From assembly GCA_963803705.1 (NCBI GenBank), contig CAWDNU010000001.1, forward strand, positions 608,001 to 672,000: a DNA stretch of 64,000 nucleotides, written 5' to 3'. The DNA comes from an uncultured Pseudobdellovibrionaceae bacterium. Its GTDB lineage: Bacteria > Bdellovibrionota > Bdellovibrionia > Bdellovibrionales > UBA1609. Below, piece by piece: positions 20,739 to 29,296 of the stretch. Positions within the stretch are counted from its first letter, which is position 1. The number at the start of each line of letters is the position of its first letter. A program made the translations under genes and the position numbers. The notes beneath the pieces are model-generated. The model did no database searches and was not told where the DNA came from. It saw nothing but the letters and a program-made list of their open reading frames with translations.

Positions 20739-22355
20739 ATGTCAGTTAGAGATTCAGATATCTTAAAAAACAAACAAAATCAAGGGTTTGGGTCTACTAA
20801 AAGATCAAAATCGTCAGTTACTAAACTTGCTGGCTTAATGTCAGTCGGCACTCTTATTAGCAGAATACTTGGTTTCGTTAGAGACAGGCTTATAGTGCAG
20901 TTCTTTGATGTCCAAATGGCTGACAGCTTTTACGCGGCTTTTCGACTACCTAATTTTTTTCGGATTCTGCTTGGGGAAGGAGCTCTGTCGGTTTCGTTTT
21001 TGCCTGCTTATATAGATTTGAAATATCGAGCAGACGGCAGCGACAAACTGTTAGCAGGCACAGTCTGGACATTTCTAACCATTTTAAGCGCTACGCTTTC
21101 TGTTCTAGCAATTTACTTTATGTCTGACCTCATGCCAATGATCGTAGATGCCCAGAACCTGCAGCAAATACCTGGTAAATATGAAACCACTCTTTTGTTT
21201 TCAAAGATCATGTTTTCTTACTTATTTTTAGTAAGCCAGTTTGCATTTTTTATGTCGCTACTCAATTCTCACGACGAATTTTTTATACCTGGGCTGGCTC
21301 CTGCTGCTTTTAACCTGATTGTTATTCTAGTTATTTTAATTCAACCAAATATCCTGGGTGTAGCTGGGGAAGCTCTACCTTTTGCCATTATATTTGGTGG
21401 AATTGGTCAAGCTTTACTCGTCTTCTTCAAAGCTTTTCAAATAAAGATCATACCAAAACCAAATTTCTTTTTCTTAAGCCCTAAGTTTCTTCAAGTGCTT
21501 CGAAGAGCGGCACCGAGTATGATTGGCATCGGAGCCATTCAATTTCTTGGGGTTTTAAACTTGGGTTTTGCAAGCTCGTTAGATCCAGGGTCGATCACTT
21601 ACTTATATTTAGCTGATAGATTACTAGAATTACCTCAATCAATTTTAGCGATTAGTTTGGGAGCAGCTCTGTTGCCTGCATTAACATCTTTATGGGCCGA
21701 AGACGACAATCAAAGCTTTCTTAGCCAAATATACGAAACAACCTCCATGTACTACTTTTTAGCTATACCGTCGGCAATAGGCCTGGCAGTGCTTGCAGAG
21801 CCTATGGTGACCTTATTATTTTCGACAAAAAATTTGACCCACGAGGGCTTAAAAGTAACTTCAACCTTAGTTCAAGTTTACTCTATAATGTTGTTAGTTG
21901 CTGGAACATCCAGGTTATTGTTACAAGGGTTTTACGCTGTTAAAAACACAGTTTACCCGGCCGTAGGGTCTTGTTTGATTATAGCTGTGCATTATTTTCT
22001 AGCGCCTGAACTGATGGCTATCTTTGGACTGATGGGATTGGTGATTTCAACCACAGCGTCTTCTTTGCTAGCATTATTTCTTACATTCATTAGCTTTCAA
22101 TTTCTAGTAACTCCGATGAGCTTAACTCAATTTTTTAGACCTTTACCTTCGCTACTTTTACTAAATTTACTAACTCTTTTAATATCCTACGGAACCTTAA
22201 TAGTTTGGCAGAGTGAAAAATCTTATCTATTACGAAACATACTACTAATTTTTGGAATCAGTATATCGGTCGCAGTATACTTTATAGCCGCAAGAATTTT
22301 CAAATTTGATCAGGTTAAAGTTTTTTTTAGGATTTTTAAGCGACTAAAAAAGTAG
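20739..22355 (+). CDS. murJ: Lipid II flippase MurJ (MviN)
   Basis: SRILGFVRD, AFRLPNFFRILLGEGALS, YLADRLLELP; multiple TM segments. Confidence 0.94.
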   Translation: MSVRDSDILKNKQNQGFGSTKRSKSSVTKLAGLMSVGTLISRILGFVRDRLIVQFFDVQMADSFYAAFRLPNFFRILLGEGALSVSFLPAYIDLKYRADGSDKLLAGTVWTFLTILSATLSVLAIYFMSDLMPMIVDAQNLQQIPGKYETTLLFSKIMFSYLFLVSQFAFFMSLLNSHDEFFIPGLAPAAFNLIVILVILIQPNILGVAGEALPFAIIFGGIGQALLVFFKAFQIKIIPKPNFFFLSPKFLQVLRRAAPSMIGIGAIQFLGVLNLGFASSLDPGSITYLYLADRLLELPQSILAISLGAALLPALTSLWAEDDNQSFLSQIYETTSMYYFLAIPSAIGLAVLAEPMVTLLFSTKNLTHEGLKVTSTLVQVYSIMLLVAGTSRLLLQGFYAVKNTVYPAVGSCLIIAVHYFLAPELMAIFGLMGLVISTTASSLLALFLTFISFQFLVTPMSLTQFFRPLPSLLLLNLLTLLISYGTLIVWQSEKSYLLRNILLIFGISISVAVYFIAARIFKFDQVKVFFRIFKRLKK

Positions 22356-22429
22356 AATAAAAAAGAATACTTAAACTTAGCTAAACTTACCTAAACATTG
22401 ACGTCAAAAATTTGAATTCGAAATTATCA

Positions 22430-22831
22430 TCATTCAAATTTAGCTCTTAGAGATTCAATCTCTTCAGCTTTCAAAACTACTTTGGCTTCTTTCCACAGTT
22501 GTTCAAGATCACTTAGTTGAAGGGTTTCAAAATTTAGGTTTTTTTCTTCAGCTAAATTTTTCATACAGGAACGTCTTTCAAGATATCGTTGATTAGCTAC
22601 TTCAAGAGCTAAAGAAGGATTAATTTCTAAATGTCTTGCTACTTGAACAATCGTAAATATTAGGTCTCCAAGTTCGTGCGCTTGTGCAAGTCGCCCCTGG
22701 TGCAAACTTTGCTTAAGCTCTAGAAGCTCTTCTGAGACTTTTTCTAAAACAGCTTCTGCACTAGGCCAGTCGAAATGAGCTCTATCTTTAAGTCCTAAAT
22801 GGTAAGTGCATTGAAGCGGGTCTTTAGTCAT
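22430..22831 (-). CDS. MazG-family nucleotide pyrophosphohydrolase (single domain)
   Basis: FDWP, KVSEEL.EL, HELGDLIF, LEQLWKEAK. Confidence 0.85.
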   Translation of the reverse strand: MTKDPLQCTYHLGLKDRAHFDWPSAEAVLEKVSEELLELKQSLHQGRLAQAHELGDLIFTIVQVARHLEINPSLALEVANQRYLERRSCMKNLAEEKNLNFETLQLSDLEQLWKEAKVVLKAEEIESLRAKFE

Positions 22832-22945
22832 AAGCTTTTTCTAACTTGTAGATTTGCACTACGCAAACATCTATTTTTCTGTGAAATTTTTTTATGAAAT
22901 TTGGCTTTTTCTGTGCTTTAGGCGAGTGAGACCCATTATTTTCTA

Positions 22946-22972
22946 CAAGTTAAGGCTTCCTTTTACCGATAT
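22946..22972 (+). promoter_or_regulatory. Possible sigma-28 (FliA)-type promoter
   Basis: CAAG-N15-ACCGATAT upstream of the 7TM-HD gene. Confidence 0.35.
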
Positions 22973-23086
22973 GTAGTCATATAAATTAACTTAATTAAAG
23001 TATTATTTAAATTTTACGTCGTGGAAGAAGTTATGCTAAAGAAATAGTTGAGACTACGGCAAAATCTTAACAGCAAATTAGAAATT

Positions 23087-25444
23087 ATGAAAAATAAAAA
23101 TCAAAAAGATTCTAAGCCAAGCCGCAAACTTTACCAGTCTATTGATCAGACAAGAACTTTTGAAAGCTGGGTCAACAAACAAGAACTCAAAAACTCGTAC
23201 TTTTTTAGTTTCCTCGTTCTTGTGGATAGAAAATTTTCTTTGAAAAGCTTAGCAATTTGGGGTGGATTCTCTATATTTTTCTCTTTTTTACTGTTCGCAA
23301 AATTTGACTATCAACCTGTTATTTATGAAGGTGATGTTGCGTTGAAAGACGTTAAATCCCCGTTAAAGTTGAACATGATAGATATGGTAACAACTGAAGC
23401 AAAAAAAGAGGTTGCTAGGAAAAATGTGCTTTCAGTTTTTAAATACATCCCTCAGGGACCTGAAAAACAATTAGATCAAATATACAATACTTTTTCAAAC
23501 TATAGGCGCTTTGTGCTTCAAAAGAAAGATGATCTGATTAACAAAGAAGACTTCGAAAAGAGCTTGGGTCTTAAAATTAGTGATAGAACATTTGATTGGC
23601 TACTTGAATCCAAATTTTCCGCAAAAATAGATAATACTCTTAGAGCTGTTTTGAAAAATTGGTCCACTCAATTCCTGGCTGACAGTCCTGAAAAGCATAT
23701 CTTACCAAATCAGAAGTACCTAAATCTATTAAGTTCATACAGCGATAGGGCCGATGAGGCTAGAATTCCAGTAGACTCGCTGAAGGATATTTACAGACGC
23801 AGTCTTTTGAAAAGAGACCTTCCGCCCAGGTTCAATAGCTTGTCAAAAATAAACCAAAGCAGAGTTTTAGATCTCGCTTTTGACCTTTTAAAGCCAAACG
23901 TCATCTTTGATTTAGAAACCACCCTAAGGCGACGTAATCTTGCTACCGAAGAGATCCTGCCTGCGACAATCTCTATCAAAAAAAATCAAACTATTGTCAG
24001 TGCTGGATCTATTGTTAATCTAGCTGACGTGAAAATTGTAAATCAGATTAGAAAAATTCAATACGAAGACAAAAGAGTCTATGTACCTGTGGGAGTAGCG
24101 TTACTTTTCTTCCTTTTTATTATCATAGCTTCGAACTTAATTGGTGCGTTTAAGCTTATTGAACGAAACCTGGATTACAGAACTAACATTTTGTTCCTAG
24201 TTTCTATTGTAAGCTTAGGAATTTGGAAGGTTTTGATGTTTGTGCTTGAAACGTCGCTGGTGCAAAAATTTGGTGGTAGCTACCCCCAAGAGGTACTAGT
24301 TTTGGCAACCCCTTTTGTAGCTCCGATCATAATCGCTGGTCTAATCACTCGTTCCCCTTACCTTTTATTCATGTTTACGTTTTTTAGTTCAGTTGCGTTT
24401 GCGTTTTTAGTCGATCAAAGTTTTTCTACTTTTGTAATAGTAAGTATATCCAGTTTTGCAGCTATTCGTACAATCTACGCTTGCGAAACAAGAAACGACG
24501 TTTACATATCTGCATTTTTATCGGCTTTAGTGGGTTTTGTGATCAGCTTAGTTTTCATTTTTGTGAACCAACCTGATGCTCTAATATCAGTTGATTCATG
24601 GATTTTATTAGTCGGATCCTCTTTGCTTGGGGCCGCGCTGAGTTCAGTGATCACTTTCGTTATTGTACCGGTTATCGAATCTCTTTTTGAGTTTTCAACT
24701 GACTTGAAACTTTTGGACTTAGCAAGCATGAATCATCCTTTACTACAACAGATGATGGTCAAAGCGCCGGGCACTTATCATCATTCAATGGTTGTTGGGA
24801 GCATGTGTGAAGCTGCAGCCAGAGACATTGGGGCAGATGCATTGATGAATAAAGTGATGGGTTACTTTCACGATATAGGTAAAATGGAACACCCAAGCTA
24901 TTTTATTGAAAATCAAAGAAAAGGTGAAAACCCTCACGATCATATTTCACCTCATCTAAGTAAGACCATAATTGTTGCTCACGTGAAAGATGGGGTAGAG
25001 ATGGCATTAAAGGCAAAGCTAGGGCAAGAAATCATTGATGGAATTAAGCAGCATCATGGAACAACTCTGGTTTCTTATTTCTATAACCGTGCTCTAAAAT
25101 CAGCTGAAAAGGACGAAATCGTCAATGAAGAGGAATTTCGGTACCCTGGGCCTAAACCGCAGTTCAAAGAATCTGCGATTTTGATGTTAGCAGACAGTAT
25201 TGAGGCTGCCGCGCGAGCAATGGATGACCCTAACCCTATAAAATTAAGTCACTTGGTTGAAAACATGATTGAGAAGAAAATCGTAGATAGCCAGTTAGAT
25301 GAGTGTGATTTGAATTTTGTCGAGCTTACTCTTATCCGAAAGTCTTTTTACAGAACCGTTCTAGGTATTTATCACCACAGGGTTGATTACAAAGACACCA
25401 CCGGATCTGTTAAAAAGATTGTAAACAAAACGGCCAATGCATGA
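23087..25444 (+). CDS. 7TM-HD phosphohydrolase (PgpH/YqfF-like; putative cyclic-dinucleotide phosphodiesterase)
   Basis: Extracytoplasmic domain, TM bundle, APGTYHHS, HDIGK, HHGT, FRYPGPKP, LADSIEAA; ORF open from 23048. Confidence 0.9.
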   Translation: MKNKNQKDSKPSRKLYQSIDQTRTFESWVNKQELKNSYFFSFLVLVDRKFSLKSLAIWGGFSIFFSFLLFAKFDYQPVIYEGDVALKDVKSPLKLNMIDMVTTEAKKEVARKNVLSVFKYIPQGPEKQLDQIYNTFSNYRRFVLQKKDDLINKEDFEKSLGLKISDRTFDWLLESKFSAKIDNTLRAVLKNWSTQFLADSPEKHILPNQKYLNLLSSYSDRADEARIPVDSLKDIYRRSLLKRDLPPRFNSLSKINQSRVLDLAFDLLKPNVIFDLETTLRRRNLATEEILPATISIKKNQTIVSAGSIVNLADVKIVNQIRKIQYEDKRVYVPVGVALLFFLFIIIASNLIGAFKLIERNLDYRTNILFLVSIVSLGIWKVLMFVLETSLVQKFGGSYPQEVLVLATPFVAPIIIAGLITRSPYLLFMFTFFSSVAFAFLVDQSFSTFVIVSISSFAAIRTIYACETRNDVYISAFLSALVGFVISLVFIFVNQPDALISVDSWILLVGSSLLGAALSSVITFVIVPVIESLFEFSTDLKLLDLASMNHPLLQQMMVKAPGTYHHSMVVGSMCEAAARDIGADALMNKVMGYFHDIGKMEHPSYFIENQRKGENPHDHISPHLSKTIIVAHVKDGVEMALKAKLGQEIIDGIKQHHGTTLVSYFYNRALKSAEKDEIVNEEEFRYPGPKPQFKESAILMLADSIEAAARAMDDPNPIKLSHLVENMIEKKIVDSQLDECDLNFVELTLIRKSFYRTVLGIYHHRVDYKDTTGSVKKIVNKTANA

Positions 25445-25929
25445 AGGTTCAGATTATAAATCAGCAAACGGAATTTAGAATTCCTAGAGCTGATCTAACA
25501 CGGTTTGTCCAGGATTTGACTGCAAAGATAATAAGGCTTAACAAAGCTAACAATATTTCTAAGGTTATAATTTCCAATTTTAAACTTATGAATATCAACT
25601 TAGTATTTGTAACTAAAAGACAAATCAAATTTCTAAATGCAAACTTTAGAGGAAAAAATAAAGAAACTGATATCTTAAGTTTCAAAGCTTTTGAATTGGA
25701 CTGCTTCGGAGAACTGGTATTTTGTCCTAAGGTTATACTTGGCAATGCTACACGAGCCGATTGGCCTATCAAATATGAATACCTTTATATGTTAACACAT
25801 GGTTATTTGCATTTGCTTGGTTTTGATCACCAGTTGGATAAAGATGAAAAAAAGATGATTGGTTTTCAAAATGAACTATTTAACAAAATAATTAAGAATA
25901 AAAAATATGTAGTCAAAGACTTAAACTAG
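25441..25929 (+). CDS. ybeY: rRNA maturation endoribonuclease YbeY
   Basis: LN..FRGK.K.TDILSF, HGYLHLLGFDH. Confidence 0.93.
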   Translation: MKVQIINQQTEFRIPRADLTRFVQDLTAKIIRLNKANNISKVIISNFKLMNINLVFVTKRQIKFLNANFRGKNKETDILSFKAFELDCFGELVFCPKVILGNATRADWPIKYEYLYMLTHGYLHLLGFDHQLDKDEKKMIGFQNELFNKIIKNKKYVVKDLN

Positions 25930-25976
25930 GTTTATGTCTAGACTGTTTTAAACTCTTTAAGCCGATATGTAGGATA

Positions 25977-27377
25977 ATGGAAATACTGATATTTACTACC
26001 TTTGCAATTATCGTTGGTTTTGCTGTTATTAATACTGCCATCAATGTTTTTTCGTACCTTCAAAAGCCTGAGTTGGTGTACAAGCTTTCGGCTTTGTTCT
26101 GGTCAACATTAATTGTAAGTTTCATATTGCAAGGTGCTGCTCAAAACAATAAGTTGATGATTTTAGCAAGCTTTGCATTTTCATTAATTCCAGTTAATCT
26201 GCTATGCTTAAGTCTTTACGCGATTTTGGATAAAAAGTATTTCTTAAATCTTTCAATTGGCTCAGGTTTTATCTGCTGTTTAGCTATGCTGGTAGCGTAT
26301 GTAACTGATCTTCCGTTTGTTTACTGTGCGCTTCCTTTGTCTTTGGGAGCTTCTGTTCCGTTGGGTCTAACTGCAATTGAGCTCTTCAAAGCTGAAAGAA
26401 ATCGAAAGATTTTTAGATTTATTAGCTTGGTACTAAGTCTATTTTTAGTTCACGGATTTAATTTTGCTTTCTTTAGATTAGATCCTACGACACAACTTTG
26501 GGGTTGGCCGATCTCTTATGCCTTATTTCAAGCTATCGCTGCTTTACTACCTGCTGCGACTCTGTCAGAGTTTCACTTCAGAGAAGCAAGCAGAATGAAC
26601 CATGTCATCGATCAGCAGACGTTACATTTAGAATCTGCTAATAGGAATTTAAAAAGCACTGTAAGTTTTAAAAATTTTTTATTTAAGACTTTGGCCCATG
26701 ATATTTCAACACCTTTGCTAATTGCTAGCTCCTCTTTAAAAACTATCAAGGCCAACAACGAATTATTGCTAGCAGACATGAATTTGATAAGGGTAGATCG
26801 GGCCATCGAAAAAATTGTTCAAATTTCAAAAGACTTAAAAGAGATTGAATCAAAGCAGCTACAAATTAGTAACTGTAGTGTATTAGAGTGCATCCAAAGC
26901 GCGGAACAAAATATCAATTCCTTGCTTGCAGATAAAAAATTGAAGTTGCAGTATGATTCAAATCTGTTGGCAGGTATAGGTATTTTTGTACACAAAACAT
27001 CATTTGTTAACTCTGTTTTAGGAAATCTACTTAGAAACAGTGTTAAATTTAGTCCTAAAAATAAAGCTATTTCTATTGATTCTGGTTTTGAGCACGAAAA
27101 TAAAGTCTGGATTACTATTAAAAACTTTGGCAGTCCGATTCCAAATGATAAAATTGAAAATATATTTGATTTTAATTTTGAAAAAAGCAGCTTGGGAACC
27201 GAAGGAGAAGAGGGTACCGGTTGGGGTCTACCTATTTCCAAGGTTTTTCTGGAAAACTACGAAGGGACTTTAAGTATAAGCTCCACGCCAACTGAAGATA
27301 TCAGGCTGGACTTAATTGAAGCTAGGATTACAATTACGGGTAACGAATTTAGCTTAAGCACCCTGAGTGTCAGTTAA
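25977..27377 (+). CDS. Sensor histidine kinase with about 7 TM intramembrane input domain
   Basis: Seven hydrophobic segments in aa 1-196; H-box AHDISTPL, N-box NLLRNSVKFS, G2 GTGWGL. Confidence 0.9.
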   Translation: MEILIFTTFAIIVGFAVINTAINVFSYLQKPELVYKLSALFWSTLIVSFILQGAAQNNKLMILASFAFSLIPVNLLCLSLYAILDKKYFLNLSIGSGFICCLAMLVAYVTDLPFVYCALPLSLGASVPLGLTAIELFKAERNRKIFRFISLVLSLFLVHGFNFAFFRLDPTTQLWGWPISYALFQAIAALLPAATLSEFHFREASRMNHVIDQQTLHLESANRNLKSTVSFKNFLFKTLAHDISTPLLIASSSLKTIKANNELLLADMNLIRVDRAIEKIVQISKDLKEIESKQLQISNCSVLECIQSAEQNINSLLADKKLKLQYDSNLLAGIGIFVHKTSFVNSVLGNLLRNSVKFSPKNKAISIDSGFEHENKVWITIKNFGSPIPNDKIENIFDFNFEKSSLGTEGEEGTGWGLPISKVFLENYEGTLSISSTPTEDIRLDLIEARITITGNEFSLSTLSVS

Positions 27378-27953
27378 AAAATGCTCAAAAGCCCTGATGG
27401 TGTGTTGCATATTATCAGCAACTAATTTCTTATCTTCATCATCTAATGATTCAATTACATTTCGAGCTTGCTCCAAGTGACCAGGATCTTCATCAGCGTG
27501 TACTCTTAAAAAATTGATAGCCTGTTTCGGATATGTGGGCATAATTTTATCTTTAAGCACTTTAGGAACAACTAAGCAGCATATACTTTCCAAGACGTAA
27601 ATATAACCTAAGTAGGACTTTGGATTTACGTGTTGGATCTTATAGTATTGAGGTTGGTAAAGGGACTGAGTTGCAGGGGACTCTTTGTAGTCTTCAAGTT
27701 TTTTACCTAAAGCCTGCAAGTCTTTTTCGCAGAGAATTTCGTGATTCATCTCTTCACCAATATGTTTAACCATTCTACGAAAAATTTTAGGTTCGCTTAA
27801 AGAAATATGTCCTGCAGCAAGCGCTAATGTCTTAGTAGAGTGCTGAATATAAAAGTATGATTGAGCTAAATATTCTGCATAGGTGGTTTCATCCTCCCAT
27901 TTAAACTTATAAAATTTGTCATAAAGTGAATGTAGTTTGCTTTCGTGAAACAT
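27354..27953 (-). CDS. Heme-oxygenase-like diiron enzyme (iron-containing redox enzyme; TenA/PqqC/CADD superfamily)
   Basis: Helical 199-aa protein with EEMNHE, YVLE and HADEDPGH metal-ligand pattern. Confidence 0.8.
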   Translation of the reverse strand: MFHESKLHSLYDKFYKFKWEDETTYAEYLAQSYFYIQHSTKTLALAAGHISLSEPKIFRRMVKHIGEEMNHEILCEKDLQALGKKLEDYKESPATQSLYQPQYYKIQHVNPKSYLGYIYVLESICCLVVPKVLKDKIMPTYPKQAINFLRVHADEDPGHLEQARNVIESLDDEDKKLVADNMQHTIRAFEHFLTDTQGA

Positions 27954-28635
27954 TTTCTGTTCTCCTAGGTTGGTTGTAAGTAATTTTATTAAGCCAAAGT
28001 TCTTTTGCTAAATGCTCTATTTCTTTAAACGGTTTTGCAGTGTGACGGTACCAAGCCATCAAATCAACTGCTGATCCGTACTGCATCACATCCTTCTTCA
28101 AGAGCTGAGCACCTCCGCGTGTGCAGATAAAATTTATCTTGCGGTTATTTCTAGTGGTTCCAGTCATAGCTGAACAATTGGATTCTAAAAGTCGATAACC
28201 AAATAAACCAACTTGAAGATCAGTCAAAGAAATATTTACTTCGCGGCTCCAAGCCCTAAAATTTTTGGCTACAGTGAAAAAGCTATACTTACCGATATAT
28301 GAACCATACATCGTAAGCTTTGAAACGCTTTCGTCATCCCAACTTTGAAAGTATTGGTCTTGCCTTGATGTAATAAGGCTCATATCCAGTTCGGTCCAAA
28401 ATCCTAATGAAGTGCACTCATCACCTTTGAAAACAGCTAGAATTTCGTCTTGCCTTACGAAATCATTTGAAAAAACTTTTTTTGGAAAGTCTTCAATTTC
28501 TAACGCGGCTTCTTCCCATACAGTTCGCCACATTAAATAAGCCGCTTCGTAGTGCTGAACTAATTCCGTGGGCGGAGCTGATCCAGGCATTATAATAAGT
28601 TTTAATTCGCGTTCAGCATTTTTCATTAGATACAC
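27919..28635 (-). CDS. Hypothetical protein, putative GNAT/LuxI/FeeM-like acyltransferase
   Basis: Intact 238-aa ORF overlapping the diiron enzyme start; alpha/beta pattern with SFFTVAKNFR; the fold is inferred only; start may be ATG 28626. Confidence 0.55.
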   Translation of the reverse strand: MYLMKNAERELKLIIMPGSAPPTELVQHYEAAYLMWRTVWEEAALEIEDFPKKVFSNDFVRQDEILAVFKGDECTSLGFWTELDMSLITSRQDQYFQSWDDESVSKLTMYGSYIGKYSFFTVAKNFRAWSREVNISLTDLQVGLFGYRLLESNCSAMTGTTRNNRKINFICTRGGAQLLKKDVMQYGSAVDLMAWYRHTAKPFKEIEHLAKELWLNKITYNQPRRTENVSRKQTTFTL

Positions 28636-28664
28636 AATTAAAATAATCTTTATGTACCGCAGTC

Positions 28665-28695
28665 AACTTAAGTTAATTTAACTTATTTTAAGTTA
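28665..28695. promoter_or_regulatory. Operator-like palindromes adjacent to a TTGACT -35 box
   Basis: AACTTAAGTT (28665-28674) and TAACTTA-TTT-TAAGTTA (28679-28695); minus-strand TTGACT at 28661-28666. Confidence 0.45.
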
Positions 28696-28713
28696 GAATT
28701 AATAAATAAATAT

Positions 28714-29106
28714 TTAATCAGAGCTGCTTTGGTTATTTTTGACTATATTAACAATGTCTTCGATTTCGAAGGGTTTATTAAGAAAACCTTGGGCACCTAA
28801 TTTGCGAAGTTCGCTGTCAGTTTTTTCGGGATAGCCACTAAAAAAGTAAAAATTAGGTAAGTGCACACCGTTGTCCTTTAATTTTTTTAACAGCTCGGTT
28901 CCACTTAATCGAGGAAGTTTTAAATCACAAAAAATAAAATCTAGATCGGTTTTTTCGATCAATTCTAGCGCTTGGACTCCGTCTTCGACCTTAAAAACGA
29001 TAGCACCAAAACTTTCAAGATTTTCTGCAATCAGATCTAACAAATCCCGCTCATCATCAACCAACAGAACTTTTACACCATTTAATTCATTGCTCATAAT
29101 TCCCAC
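28714..29106 (-). CDS. Single-domain response regulator (receiver only)
   Basis: VLLVDDE, FCDLKLPRLSG, FSGY, FLNKPF. Confidence 0.92.
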   Translation of the reverse strand: MGIMSNELNGVKVLLVDDERDLLDLIAENLESFGAIVFKVEDGVQALELIEKTDLDFIFCDLKLPRLSGTELLKKLKDNGVHLPNFYFFSGYPEKTDSELRKLGAQGFLNKPFEIEDIVNIVKNNQSSSD

Positions 29107-29296
29107 TTTGAATCCAAAAAATTAAGCTACCTAGGTTAAAAAAAAATGAGGTGCTGTAACTGAATTCTTATTAAAAATACAAAAAATTTTAGCAAACCAA
29201 TTATAACCTTTTTTCTTCAAAAAATTAACTGATCTTGACATAGCTGGTTAGAGCCCTATCCTATAATCCAAATCTCAAATTCCAAACGAGGTCACA

